Shown: positions 43,673 to 51,771 of the stretch, in pieces | Layout of the letters: each line of letters starts with the position of its first letter | How positions within the stretch are numbered: the first letter of the stretch is position 1 | IMG/VR virus record: IMGVR_UViG_3300030102_006999 | DNA: 64,000 nt | DNA from: an uncultured virus (IMG/VR IMGVR_UViG_3300030102_006999) | Taxonomy: Duplodnaviria; Heunggongvirae; Uroviricota; Caudoviricetes | Reading direction: 5' to 3' (one strand) | Notes under the pieces: model-generated | What the model was told of the DNA's origin: nothing | Seen by the model: only the letters and a program-made list of their open reading frames with translations | The model's database searches: none | Made by a program: the position numbers and the translations under genes

Positions 43673-44620
43673 ATGTCAGAACAAGTATTAGGCTACGCAT
43701 GCATCAATATGGGCTTATCCGAGCGACCCAAGAAGCAACGCATTACCACAAATCGCTCTATGATCAAGCGCACATTCAAGGAACGAGGGCCAAAATACGC
43801 TTCAGAACTTGCTTTGCAGAACTCCAAGGACCTAATTAAGATCCTTAAATGGAATACAGAGAATGGAATCAACTTCTTTCGCATGAGTTCAGAGATCTTT
43901 CCATGGGCTTCAGAGTATGATATTAAAGATTTACCTGACTATGACGCCATTGCAGAAGCACTAGGGCAAGCCGGCGCTTACGCGCGGTCAGTAGGTCAAC
44001 GCTTGACAACTCACCCCGGGCCGTTCAACAAGCTCACAAGCCCTAAAGAACATGTTATTCGCAATACAGTACGTGATTTAGAAGTTCATGGTGAACTTAT
44101 GGACCTTCTTGGACAACCACGTACCCCATGGGCAAAGATTAATATTCATGTTGGCGCAACATATGGCGACAAACCCATGGCGATTGGCAACTTTTGCAAG
44201 AACTTCCATCTTCTGTCAGATGCTGTTAAGACCCGTTTGACTGTGGAAAATGACGATAAAGACTCGCTGTACTCGACAGCTGAACTTGTGGAGGAGATTC
44301 ACTCACGAATTGGTATTCCAGTGGTTCACGACTTCCATCATCATCTGTTTACACACCGTGGTATGTCCCAGAAAGAGGCCTTGGGCCTTGCTGTAGGCAC
44401 TTGGGGTGATGTTATTCCTGTTGTCCACTACTCTGAATCCCGCGCAAAAGAACACAACAACCCGAAGATTCGACCCCAAGCTCACTCCGACCGCATCAAA
44501 GATTATATTGATACGTTTGGATACAACGTTCATATTATGATTGAGGCGAAACACAAAGAACTTGCACTTCTTGAATATCGGGAACGGCACAATCGCGAAG
44601 TCTTAACAGAAGCGGCGTAA
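43673..44620 (+). CDS. uvsE: UV DNA damage endonuclease
   Basis: LGYACIN, FFRMSS, HPGPF, INIHVG, LTVENDD, DFHHH, HYSE, AHSD, MIEAKHKE. Confidence 0.93.
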   Translation: MSEQVLGYACINMGLSERPKKQRITTNRSMIKRTFKERGPKYASELALQNSKDLIKILKWNTENGINFFRMSSEIFPWASEYDIKDLPDYDAIAEALGQAGAYARSVGQRLTTHPGPFNKLTSPKEHVIRNTVRDLEVHGELMDLLGQPRTPWAKINIHVGATYGDKPMAIGNFCKNFHLLSDAVKTRLTVENDDKDSLYSTAELVEEIHSRIGIPVVHDFHHHLFTHRGMSQKEALGLAVGTWGDVIPVVHYSESRAKEHNNPKIRPQAHSDRIKDYIDTFGYNVHIMIEAKHKELALLEYRERHNREVLTEAA

Positions 44621-44635
44621 AAAAACCGCTTTTTT
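44610..44635 (+). terminator. intrinsic terminator after uvsE
   Basis: AAGCGG-N10-CCGCTT-TTTT. Confidence 0.55.
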
Positions 44636-44683
44636 AAAAATAAAAAGACTAATTAATACCGTTAATATTAAGGAGAACTCAAA

Positions 44684-45160
44684 ATGAAGTTCACATTAGA
44701 CCAAATTAAGACGATTATTGCTGAAGAAGTAGCAAATGTAACCAAAGAAGCGTATGGAGACGAAGATCCAAACTTACGCATGGGATATGCAAACAAGGGA
44801 CGCTATGAAGACCCCGAAGACACTCAACGACGATGGGATGACAATGCTGATTTGCCTCCCAAAGAAAGATCTGGTGGATCTGAAGTTGGTGGTGAATCAA
44901 AGGCTAGACCTTTAGCTGACACTATTGAACATTTCTTTCGTAAAGCGCTAAAAGACGAAGATTTCGTTGCTGCTGACTTTGACGTAATGAACTCAAAGCA
45001 TTATTCTCAACTAAAAAGTGCTGTTAAAGATGAAAATGACGAAAACCGAGCGCACTTAATGGCTGCATTTGAGGCTAACGGAACAAATAAAAACGACATT
45101 CTCATGTTTTTGGACTGGGTTGGTAGAGGATACGGCCTTCCTATGTCGTTTACAAAGTAA
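44684..45160 (+). CDS. putative virion-internal protein
   Basis: MKFTLDQIKTIIAEE; ACTAATTA at 44648. Confidence 0.6.
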   Translation: MKFTLDQIKTIIAEEVANVTKEAYGDEDPNLRMGYANKGRYEDPEDTQRRWDDNADLPPKERSGGSEVGGESKARPLADTIEHFFRKALKDEDFVAADFDVMNSKHYSQLKSAVKDENDENRAHLMAAFEANGTNKNDILMFLDWVGRGYGLPMSFTK

Positions 45161-45197
45161 TTTTAAAAAAAATTTTAGGGAAAAGGAACTTAATCAC

Positions 45198-45518
45198 ATG
45201 GAAATCACAAGAGAGCGACTCAAGCGCATCATCGCGGAAGAAATCGACCTTATGGGCGCCGAAGAAGGCGAAAAAGAAGAAAAAACAGAAAAATTTAGTC
45301 TTGATGCGACCATCGGTGAAGTTTCTGAAGGTGTTGAGAATATTACTCCTGAAAATATCGCCATTATTATGAAAGCTTTGGGTATTATTGTTGGTAATTT
45401 GTCGCCGGCCTTACTTATTGGGCTACTTGGCAAGACAGCTTACGACGCAATTAAGGCTGCAACTGGTGAAATGCCTCCGGAATCTAGCGAAGAAGAGACT
45501 TTGGTCTATAAAAAATAA
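45198..45518 (+). CDS. putative virion-internal protein with hydrophobic segment
   Basis: MEITRERLKRIIAEE. Confidence 0.6.
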   Translation: MEITRERLKRIIAEEIDLMGAEEGEKEEKTEKFSLDATIGEVSEGVENITPENIAIIMKALGIIVGNLSPALLIGLLGKTAYDAIKAATGEMPPESSEEETLVYKK

Positions 45519-45578
45519 AAATTTAGCGAAAAAAAATAATAAAAATTTTTCGTTTCAAAAAACAAGGAAGAATCTTTA

Positions 45579-45851
45579 ATGAAACTCACAAAAGAGTCAC
45601 TAATCAAGTTAATCAAGGAAAGCTGGGAAGAAATGTTGTCTGCCCAAGCCCAAATTGATGCTGAAAGTGACTCTGGTGATGAAGAAATCCTTGAAAGAAT
45701 ATTCGATTTAGCTCAAGATATGAGCACACAACTCACCGCTATGCAAAATAAGCCCGGACAAGCAGCAATTATGGCTAAAGTTAACGGAATACTTGATATT
45801 ATTCAAGAGATGATGCTTGAACAAGAAGAAAATGAAAGAGAAAACCGATAA
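45579..45851 (+). CDS. putative virion-internal protein
   Basis: MKLTKESLIKLIKES. Confidence 0.6.
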   Translation: MKLTKESLIKLIKESWEEMLSAQAQIDAESDSGDEEILERIFDLAQDMSTQLTAMQNKPGQAAIMAKVNGILDIIQEMMLEQEENERENR

Positions 45852-45902
45852 AATAAAAATAAAATATTTGGTTTTTTAAAAAACGCTCTCATAGTTACTA
45901 TT

Positions 45903-46370
45903 ATGAGGGCATTCTTTTTATTCCTATTAACAATACCGTTGGTCTGCTTTCTGGTTTGCTGTAAAGACGAGGGCCCAACTGGCTATAAAGCTGGTGTTAC
46001 GGGCCCCGATGACAGTTATATTGTAGAAACTTGTAAAGAAGAAGAATTTTTGCAAAAATGGTGGAGCATTGAGACTGATAATGTCATTGCAAACACCCTT
46101 GTTCCTTCTTATAAAGATTATTGCACCTATATTGACGAGAGTCTGGTGTTCTTTTGGCACCTTGAAGAGCAATATGGTTACTATAACTACGATTTTTACT
46201 GGAAGTGTGCCAACGAAAACACAATGTATATCACAAATGAGTCAACTGGTGATGAAATTGAGATGAGAATATATGGCCAAACCGCGCCGGGCTGCTATGA
46301 TGTTAAAATTACCTACGGTGTAAACATTATTAACGCAGATCTTTGCAGCTGTGAGTACAACGGACCATAA
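45903..46370 (+). CDS. Cys-containing putative lipoprotein
   Basis: Hydrophobic signal ending LVCC. Confidence 0.6.
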   Translation: MRAFFLFLLTIPLVCFLVCCKDEGPTGYKAGVTGPDDSYIVETCKEEEFLQKWWSIETDNVIANTLVPSYKDYCTYIDESLVFFWHLEEQYGYYNYDFYWKCANENTMYITNESTGDEIEMRIYGQTAPGCYDVKITYGVNIINADLCSCEYNGP

Positions 46371-46430
46371 ACTTTTGATTTTATCATTAAAATAGACTAT
46401 TTATGTTATATGCATATGGAGTACTTTGCT

Positions 46431-47174
46431 ATGAAAGTTCTAAAAAACAAAAGAAGAATCGATCCAAGATATCATTTGGACGAAAAAAGAGAGCATTCAG
46501 CTCAAAAATCTAACTCTGAAATCGCAGAAGAGATTCAAAAGTCCTTTAGTGGACAGTTTTCCTTTGATTCTTGGCTTAATGAGTCAGATAAAGATTGTAA
46601 ACCCGACTATCCTGATTTAGATAAAGATGGAGACGAGGATGAGTGCATCTCTGATGCTGCAAAAGATGCAGAAAAAGTTGATGAAATTGTAGGACCTCAA
46701 GGCCCAGAGCCAAGATTATCTATGATGATAGACGATGAAGAAGAGTTTCCCGGAGGAACAATCGCCGATATGCCGGCTGAAGTTCCAGAAAGTCCTTGCG
46801 CTGCAAAAGAAAAAGGCTCTTTTGAAGTTGCTTCTAGGTTTGGCATACTTACAACCCCTGACAAATCAGCAGATTCTCTCAAAGCAGCCTCTAACTTTGC
46901 GATGCACTTACTGCATAACATGGGCTTAAGTCCAGAAGAGGTCCAAATGAGTCCAGAAATTTCTGCAGTCGTTACCGAATCTGATACTCCAGAGAGTGTT
47001 GAAGAAGAGTTGGAGACTGCTTCAAGCGATCCTCGTACTGTCGCCCTTAATGCCGCTTTAAAAGTATCGTATAATACAGACCTCGATCCAGAAGAAGCAG
47101 CGGCTGATATATTAACAGTGGTTGAGGAATTCCTGTCTAAAAAGCTCGGTATGCCCATAGAATTGAGATATTAG
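46431..47174 (+). CDS. acidic hypothetical protein with DxDxDG motif (putative virion)
   Basis: PDYPDLDKDGDEDE; ACTATTTA at 46396. Confidence 0.6.
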   Translation: MKVLKNKRRIDPRYHLDEKREHSAQKSNSEIAEEIQKSFSGQFSFDSWLNESDKDCKPDYPDLDKDGDEDECISDAAKDAEKVDEIVGPQGPEPRLSMMIDDEEEFPGGTIADMPAEVPESPCAAKEKGSFEVASRFGILTTPDKSADSLKAASNFAMHLLHNMGLSPEEVQMSPEISAVVTESDTPESVEEELETASSDPRTVALNAALKVSYNTDLDPEEAAADILTVVEEFLSKKLGMPIELRY

Positions 47175-47331
47175 TATGAAAAAGGTTGAAAGAAGAGAGA
47201 CGATCAGTCTAATCGTTAATTATCATGGTTTTCGCATTTATTGACATTCTTACACTGCCACAACTTATATTTGTAGCGTTTATTATGTTTATTTTAATAT
47301 CTATTTGCCTCTGGAATGACAGGGATTTATA

Positions 47332-47556
47332 ATGGACAATAATCAATTAATAAAAGACATATTAGAAGCCATTAAAGTCAATGTTGAAGCATACGAAGAG
47401 AATGAGAAATCAATACTTAAATGGTTAAATGCTTATAAAAAATCAAAAAACATCAGAATAGACTTAGAATTTCAAAAAAGAGTATTAGAAGAAGCTATCG
47501 AAGCATTAAAATATAGGGAAAGATTTCCAAATGACGCTAAGAATCGTGAAGAATGA
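47332..47556 (+). CDS. hypothetical protein
   Basis: ORF track; packing. Confidence 0.55.
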   Translation: MDNNQLIKDILEAIKVNVEAYEENEKSILKWLNAYKKSKNIRIDLEFQKRVLEEAIEALKYRERFPNDAKNREE

Positions 47557-47695
47557 TGAGGTTCCAGAACCGGAACCAGAAAAAATTAAAATTCCTATAA
47601 AAGATTACTTGACTTTTGCTGTATCTAGTGTTATAATGTTAGTATTCTTTGTTGCTCTATTGTGGCTAGCTCTATCAATGAATGGTTATTTATAA
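47531..47695 (+). CDS. small membrane protein, 54 aa (not in ORF track)
   Basis: ...DYLTFAVSSVIMLVFFVALLWLALSMNGYL*. Confidence 0.5.
   Translation: MTLRIVKNDEVPEPEPEKIKIPIKDYLTFAVSSVIMLVFFVALLWLALSMNGYL
47609..47637 (+). promoter_or_regulatory. sigma70-type promoter upstream of the Cys-rich peptide and tmRNA
   Basis: TTGACT-17-TATAAT. Confidence 0.7.
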
Positions 47696-47753
47696 TTACT
47701 TAACTGTTAAGTTATGAAGAGACTATCTATTTCATCATCAAAGGAGACTTATC

Positions 47754-47828
47754 ATGAAATTTACTGAAGAAACATGTAAGTGTTGCGATTGCTGCGAATG
47801 TGATTGTGACAAGTGTAAGTGCTGTTAA
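47754..47828 (+). CDS. metallothionein-like 24-aa peptide with 10 Cys (not in ORF track)
   Basis: AAGGAG RBS; MKFTEETCKCCDCCECDCDKCKCC*. Confidence 0.65.
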   Translation: MKFTEETCKCCDCCECDCDKCKCC

Positions 47829-47836
47829 ACTTACCG

Positions 47837-48180
<344 letters not shown>

Positions 48181-48219
48181 TTTATTTTGTTTTAGTCAAA
48201 AAGCAAACTATTTATACAC

Positions 48220-49521
48220 ATGAGCATAAAAGTATTTATAAAAGCAAAAAAACAAATTAAAAAGTTAATTTGCCCACCGGCAACCCAAGATTTAGAACTT
48301 AACACAAAAAATAGAAATTCTGCAATTAAATCTGAACATATTCAGTATGGTCCACTAAACTTAAACGACGAATCTTACTGGGTCAGGGTAGCAGAACACT
48401 GGAAGACAACTCCAGAAGTAGCTAAGGAATCAAATTGTTCTAATTGTGCAGCTTTTGACATCTCTCCTAGAATGGAAGAATGTATGCCCGGATCTTTACA
48501 GGAAGATGGTAGGCTAGGTTATTGTTGGATGCATCACTTCAAATGCCACTCTGCTCGTACTTGCTATACTTGGGCAGCAGGTGGACCAATCAATAAGGAT
48601 GCTGTTTCAGCTGAATGGCAGGAGAGAAACATGAAAAACTTACAAGAATCTGAAGATAGAATTAGAAAACTCGAAGACATGGTTATAGATGCCGCCTTGA
48701 AAGGAAGACATAATCCCACTGCTATAGGCGAACTAACGAAAATGTCCAAGAGAGGCCAATATGATATGGAAAGACTAAAGAAAAAAGTTAAAGATGCGAA
48801 AAAATCTAAAACTAATGAAGAATTGGAATCCGTCATTGACGAGAAAAAGAAAAAAAGAAAAAAGAAGAAATCTAAAAAGAAAAAAGGTGACCGCTGTACA
48901 AGGATAGCTAAGAGAAAATATGATGTTTGGCCTTCAGCTTACGCTTCTGGGGCCGTCGTCCGATGTCGACAGGGTAAAATTTGGAAAGGTCTAAGTGAAC
49001 AAGAGTTCGATTCAATCGTAGCTGAAGTTGTCGCTGAAACTCTTGAAGAAGCCCTAGTACAAAAAATAACCAAAGCTTTAAAAGATGAAGGTGGCGCTGC
49101 AGGTATGAAAGCTCTCATGGATCATACTAAAGCCAAAAAAGCGGAAATTGAAAAAGCGATTAAAAACACAGAAAAGTTTGTAAAGCACACCAATGGCGAT
49201 ATCATTCTAAAAGATAAAAGTTTGGACGAAAAAAAAAAGAAAAAGTCTAAAAAGAAAAAAGCTGGTACCGAATCTAGCAAAGAGTCGTCTTTGAGAGATT
49301 GGTTTGGCAGAAAAGGCGCAAAAGGTAAAAAAGGTGGATGGGTAGACTGCAACACTTGTCGTAAAGACAAGAAAACTGGTCGTAAGACTTGTAAGTCTTG
49401 TGGCCGGCAAAAAGGTGAAAAAAGATCTAAATATCCATCTTGCAGACCTACGCCGGGAGCTTGCGGAGAAAAGGGTAGAGGAAAAAGCTGGGGCAAAAAA
49501 TCAGCTAAAGGAAAAAAATAA
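48220..49521 (+). CDS. Lys-rich multidomain Cys-containing protein (putative virion)
   Basis: CSNC..CWMHHFKC, WPSAYASGAVVRCR, SLRDWF..WVDC; ATG 5 nt after ACTATTTA. Confidence 0.65.
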   Translation: MSIKVFIKAKKQIKKLICPPATQDLELNTKNRNSAIKSEHIQYGPLNLNDESYWVRVAEHWKTTPEVAKESNCSNCAAFDISPRMEECMPGSLQEDGRLGYCWMHHFKCHSARTCYTWAAGGPINKDAVSAEWQERNMKNLQESEDRIRKLEDMVIDAALKGRHNPTAIGELTKMSKRGQYDMERLKKKVKDAKKSKTNEELESVIDEKKKKRKKKKSKKKKGDRCTRIAKRKYDVWPSAYASGAVVRCRQGKIWKGLSEQEFDSIVAEVVAETLEEALVQKITKALKDEGGAAGMKALMDHTKAKKAEIEKAIKNTEKFVKHTNGDIILKDKSLDEKKKKKSKKKKAGTESSKESSLRDWFGRKGAKGKKGGWVDCNTCRKDKKTGRKTCKSCGRQKGEKRSKYPSCRPTPGACGEKGRGKSWGKKSAKGKK

Positions 49522-49937
49522 TGTTATTAACTAAAAAATATCTTGTTGAACTCATTAGGGAACAAGTTGAAGATTTAACTCTTGAATATACTTCCCATAC
49601 ACATATTTCTATTGGTGACGCAACATTTGACGATGGAACTATTGCCGAAGACCTTGGATTCTGGGACGATGATTTAATGGAAGCGTATTATCAGGGACGT
49701 AAAGTTACCTTAAATAAACCAACTCGCGGGGATGTTAAGAAATTTAAAGTTTATGTTAACTCTGGTAAGAAAGATAGTAAAGGTAGAATCAAGGCTAAAA
49801 AAGTAAACTTTGGCGATAAAAATATGAAAATTAAAAAATCCAACCCGAAAAGAAGAAAATCTTTTAGAGCCAGACACAACTGTGATAATCCGGGACCAAA
49901 AACGAAAGCACGTTACTGGTCTTGTAAAAAGTGGTAA
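49521..49937 (+). CDS. basic phage protein (putative virion)
   Basis: MLLTKKYLVELIRE; KKVNFGD..RRKSFRARHNC..ARYWSC. Confidence 0.7.
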   Translation: MLLTKKYLVELIREQVEDLTLEYTSHTHISIGDATFDDGTIAEDLGFWDDDLMEAYYQGRKVTLNKPTRGDVKKFKVYVNSGKKDSKGRIKAKKVNFGDKNMKIKKSNPKRRKSFRARHNCDNPGPKTKARYWSCKKW

Positions 49938-50269
49938 TGTATGAATATAGCGCAAAATTAATCCGAGTTATCGATGGAGACACAGTAGATGCCATGATCG
50001 ACCTCGGATTTAGTGTATGGGTAGAAAAGAGGATTAGATTATACGGCATTGACGCGCCGGAAACCCGTACTAGGAACCTTGAAGAGAAAAAGAAAGGTAT
50101 CGAGACGAAAAAAAGGCTCCAAGAGCTTCTCGAAGCTAACAGAAACGTTTTTATTGTTAAATCTCACGGTGTAGGAAAATATGGTAGATGTTTGGGAACC
50201 TTGATTATTGATGACGTCAATTTAAATGAAAGATTACTTAGAGAAGGATATGCCAAGGAGTATAAATAA
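49937..50269 (+). CDS. thermonuclease (SNase-like)
   Basis: RVIDGDT, IRLYGIDAPE, GKYGRCL, LLREGYA. Confidence 0.9.
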   Translation: MYEYSAKLIRVIDGDTVDAMIDLGFSVWVEKRIRLYGIDAPETRTRNLEEKKKGIETKKRLQELLEANRNVFIVKSHGVGKYGRCLGTLIIDDVNLNERLLREGYAKEYK

Positions 50270-50404
50270 TCATGAATGTTTTAAAAGCATTTCTTACTTT
50301 TTTCATTATTCTTCCCGGATACAGCAAGAAAAAAGAAATATTATCGCCTGACTCATCTGTTAATCGTCAAACTTTAGATTTATCAAAATCAAATATAAAA
50401 AAGC

Positions 50405-50433
50405 TTGACAAATAGTACTAAACGTGCTATTAT
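50405..50433 (+). promoter_or_regulatory. sigma70-type promoter
   Basis: TTGACA-17-TATTAT with TG extension. Confidence 0.7.
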
Positions 50434-50451
50434 ATAAAGTGAGGAAAAAAA

Positions 50452-50802
50452 ATGAAAGTATTTGTATATGGAACATTAAGAAAAGACGAATATAATCACA
50501 TATTTGTAGAAAACAGCAAGTTCATAAAAAATACCTACACAAAACCAGAGTGGATTTTTTATGATTTAGGAGGCTTTCCAGCTGCGTGTCCCAATGGCTC
50601 GACTGCCATATTTGGCGAAGTTTATGAAGTTGACCAAGATACTTTAGACAGGCTAGATGTTTTAGAGTCTCACCCAGAATTTTATGTTCGCAAAACTATC
50701 ACTTTAGAAGATGATGAAAAAGTATTTGCTTATATTTTAAGGGATGCACACTGCAGTGGTTGTAGAGTTATTGAATCCGGAGATTGGAAAAATAAAAAAT
50801 AG
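50452..50802 (+). CDS. gamma-glutamylcyclotransferase (GGCT/AIG2-like)
   Basis: VFVYGTLR, GEVYEV, LDVLE..Y.R. Confidence 0.9.
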   Translation: MKVFVYGTLRKDEYNHIFVENSKFIKNTYTKPEWIFYDLGGFPAACPNGSTAIFGEVYEVDQDTLDRLDVLESHPEFYVRKTITLEDDEKVFAYILRDAHCSGCRVIESGDWKNKK

Positions 50803-50819
50803 GAGCTATTTTGTACAAT

Positions 50820-51468
50820 ATGGAATCTAACATGGAAATCGAATATAAGTTTTGGGCTGGCAACGTCAGCAAAGAACAATTTCATTCTATCTTGGAGACA
50901 GCTATAGAGANNNNNNNNNNCTAAGCAAGATTTTCATAATACTCTAGAAGAGGCTATAGGAAGAAGATTCGAGCCGATGTATGTTTGTTCTTGCGATGAT
51001 TATTATACAAATCAAGATACTGATTCTTTTTTAAGATATCGAAAAGGCGGAAATTGCACAGAAATAACATTAAAACAAAAAAGAAATGGAAATGTTGTTA
51101 GGAAAGAAATCAATTTAGATGTAGCAAATAATGACGATTCCTCTATTGTAGAGTTCCTTGATTTAAGTGGTTACGAAAAAGTATTTTCTGTTTTTAAAGA
51201 AGCTTGGATCTGGGACTTTGAAGATTGTGATGTGTCATATTATACATTATCCGATGGAAGAAGCGTAGTAGAACTCGAAGCTAAACATGGCTACTTCAAA
51301 GAAACACAAGAAGGAATAGATATTATTGATAAATGGTCTGAAAAGTTAAACTGCGATATCTTAACAAGAGAGAGTAGGTCGCTGTTTGAGATTTTCACCG
51401 AAGAAGCCAACACCATATGTTCACAGAGAAGGTGCGAAGTATCTAGTGAAAATGATGTTTGTTGTTAA
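50820..51468 (+). CDS. CYTH-domain triphosphate tunnel metalloenzyme; spans the gap at 50911-50920
   Basis: MEIEYKF (ExExK) before the gap; DDYY, FLRYR, EITLK, KEIN, VELE after it. Confidence 0.75.
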
Positions 51469-51504
51469 AAATAGATAAACTATTTAGTATAAAGGAGAAG
51501 AACA

Positions 51505-51636
51505 ATGCTTGAACGTATTTCCGATTTCAAGGATCTCTGTAGAGATCTTTTGATGCTACAAGCACCAGCGCAATTGTACTGGCTCGTGGCATTAGTTTGG
51601 ATTTCTGGCGCTTTTTTTGGTCGCTGGTTTTTATAA
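51505..51636 (+). CDS. small membrane protein, 43 aa (not in ORF track)
   Basis: ACTATTTA at 51479; AAGGAG RBS; C-terminal TM helix; hairpin after. Confidence 0.65.
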   Translation: MLERISDFKDLCRDLLMLQAPAQLYWLVALVWISGAFFGRWFL

Positions 51637-51644
51637 AACTATTG

Positions 51645-51673
51645 CACCCTTTGGCAAAAAATGCCAAAGGGTG
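51645..51673. terminator. perfect 12-bp stem hairpin
   Basis: CACCCTTTGGCA-AAAAA-TGCCAAAGGGTG. Confidence 0.65.
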
Positions 51674-51771
51674 TTGTCATAATATATTTAAAAAATAATA
51701 AACTCTATTTTTGAAATTGTTTGAGACTAATTAGAACAAAATATTTATGATTTCAAAAAGGATTTATAAAC

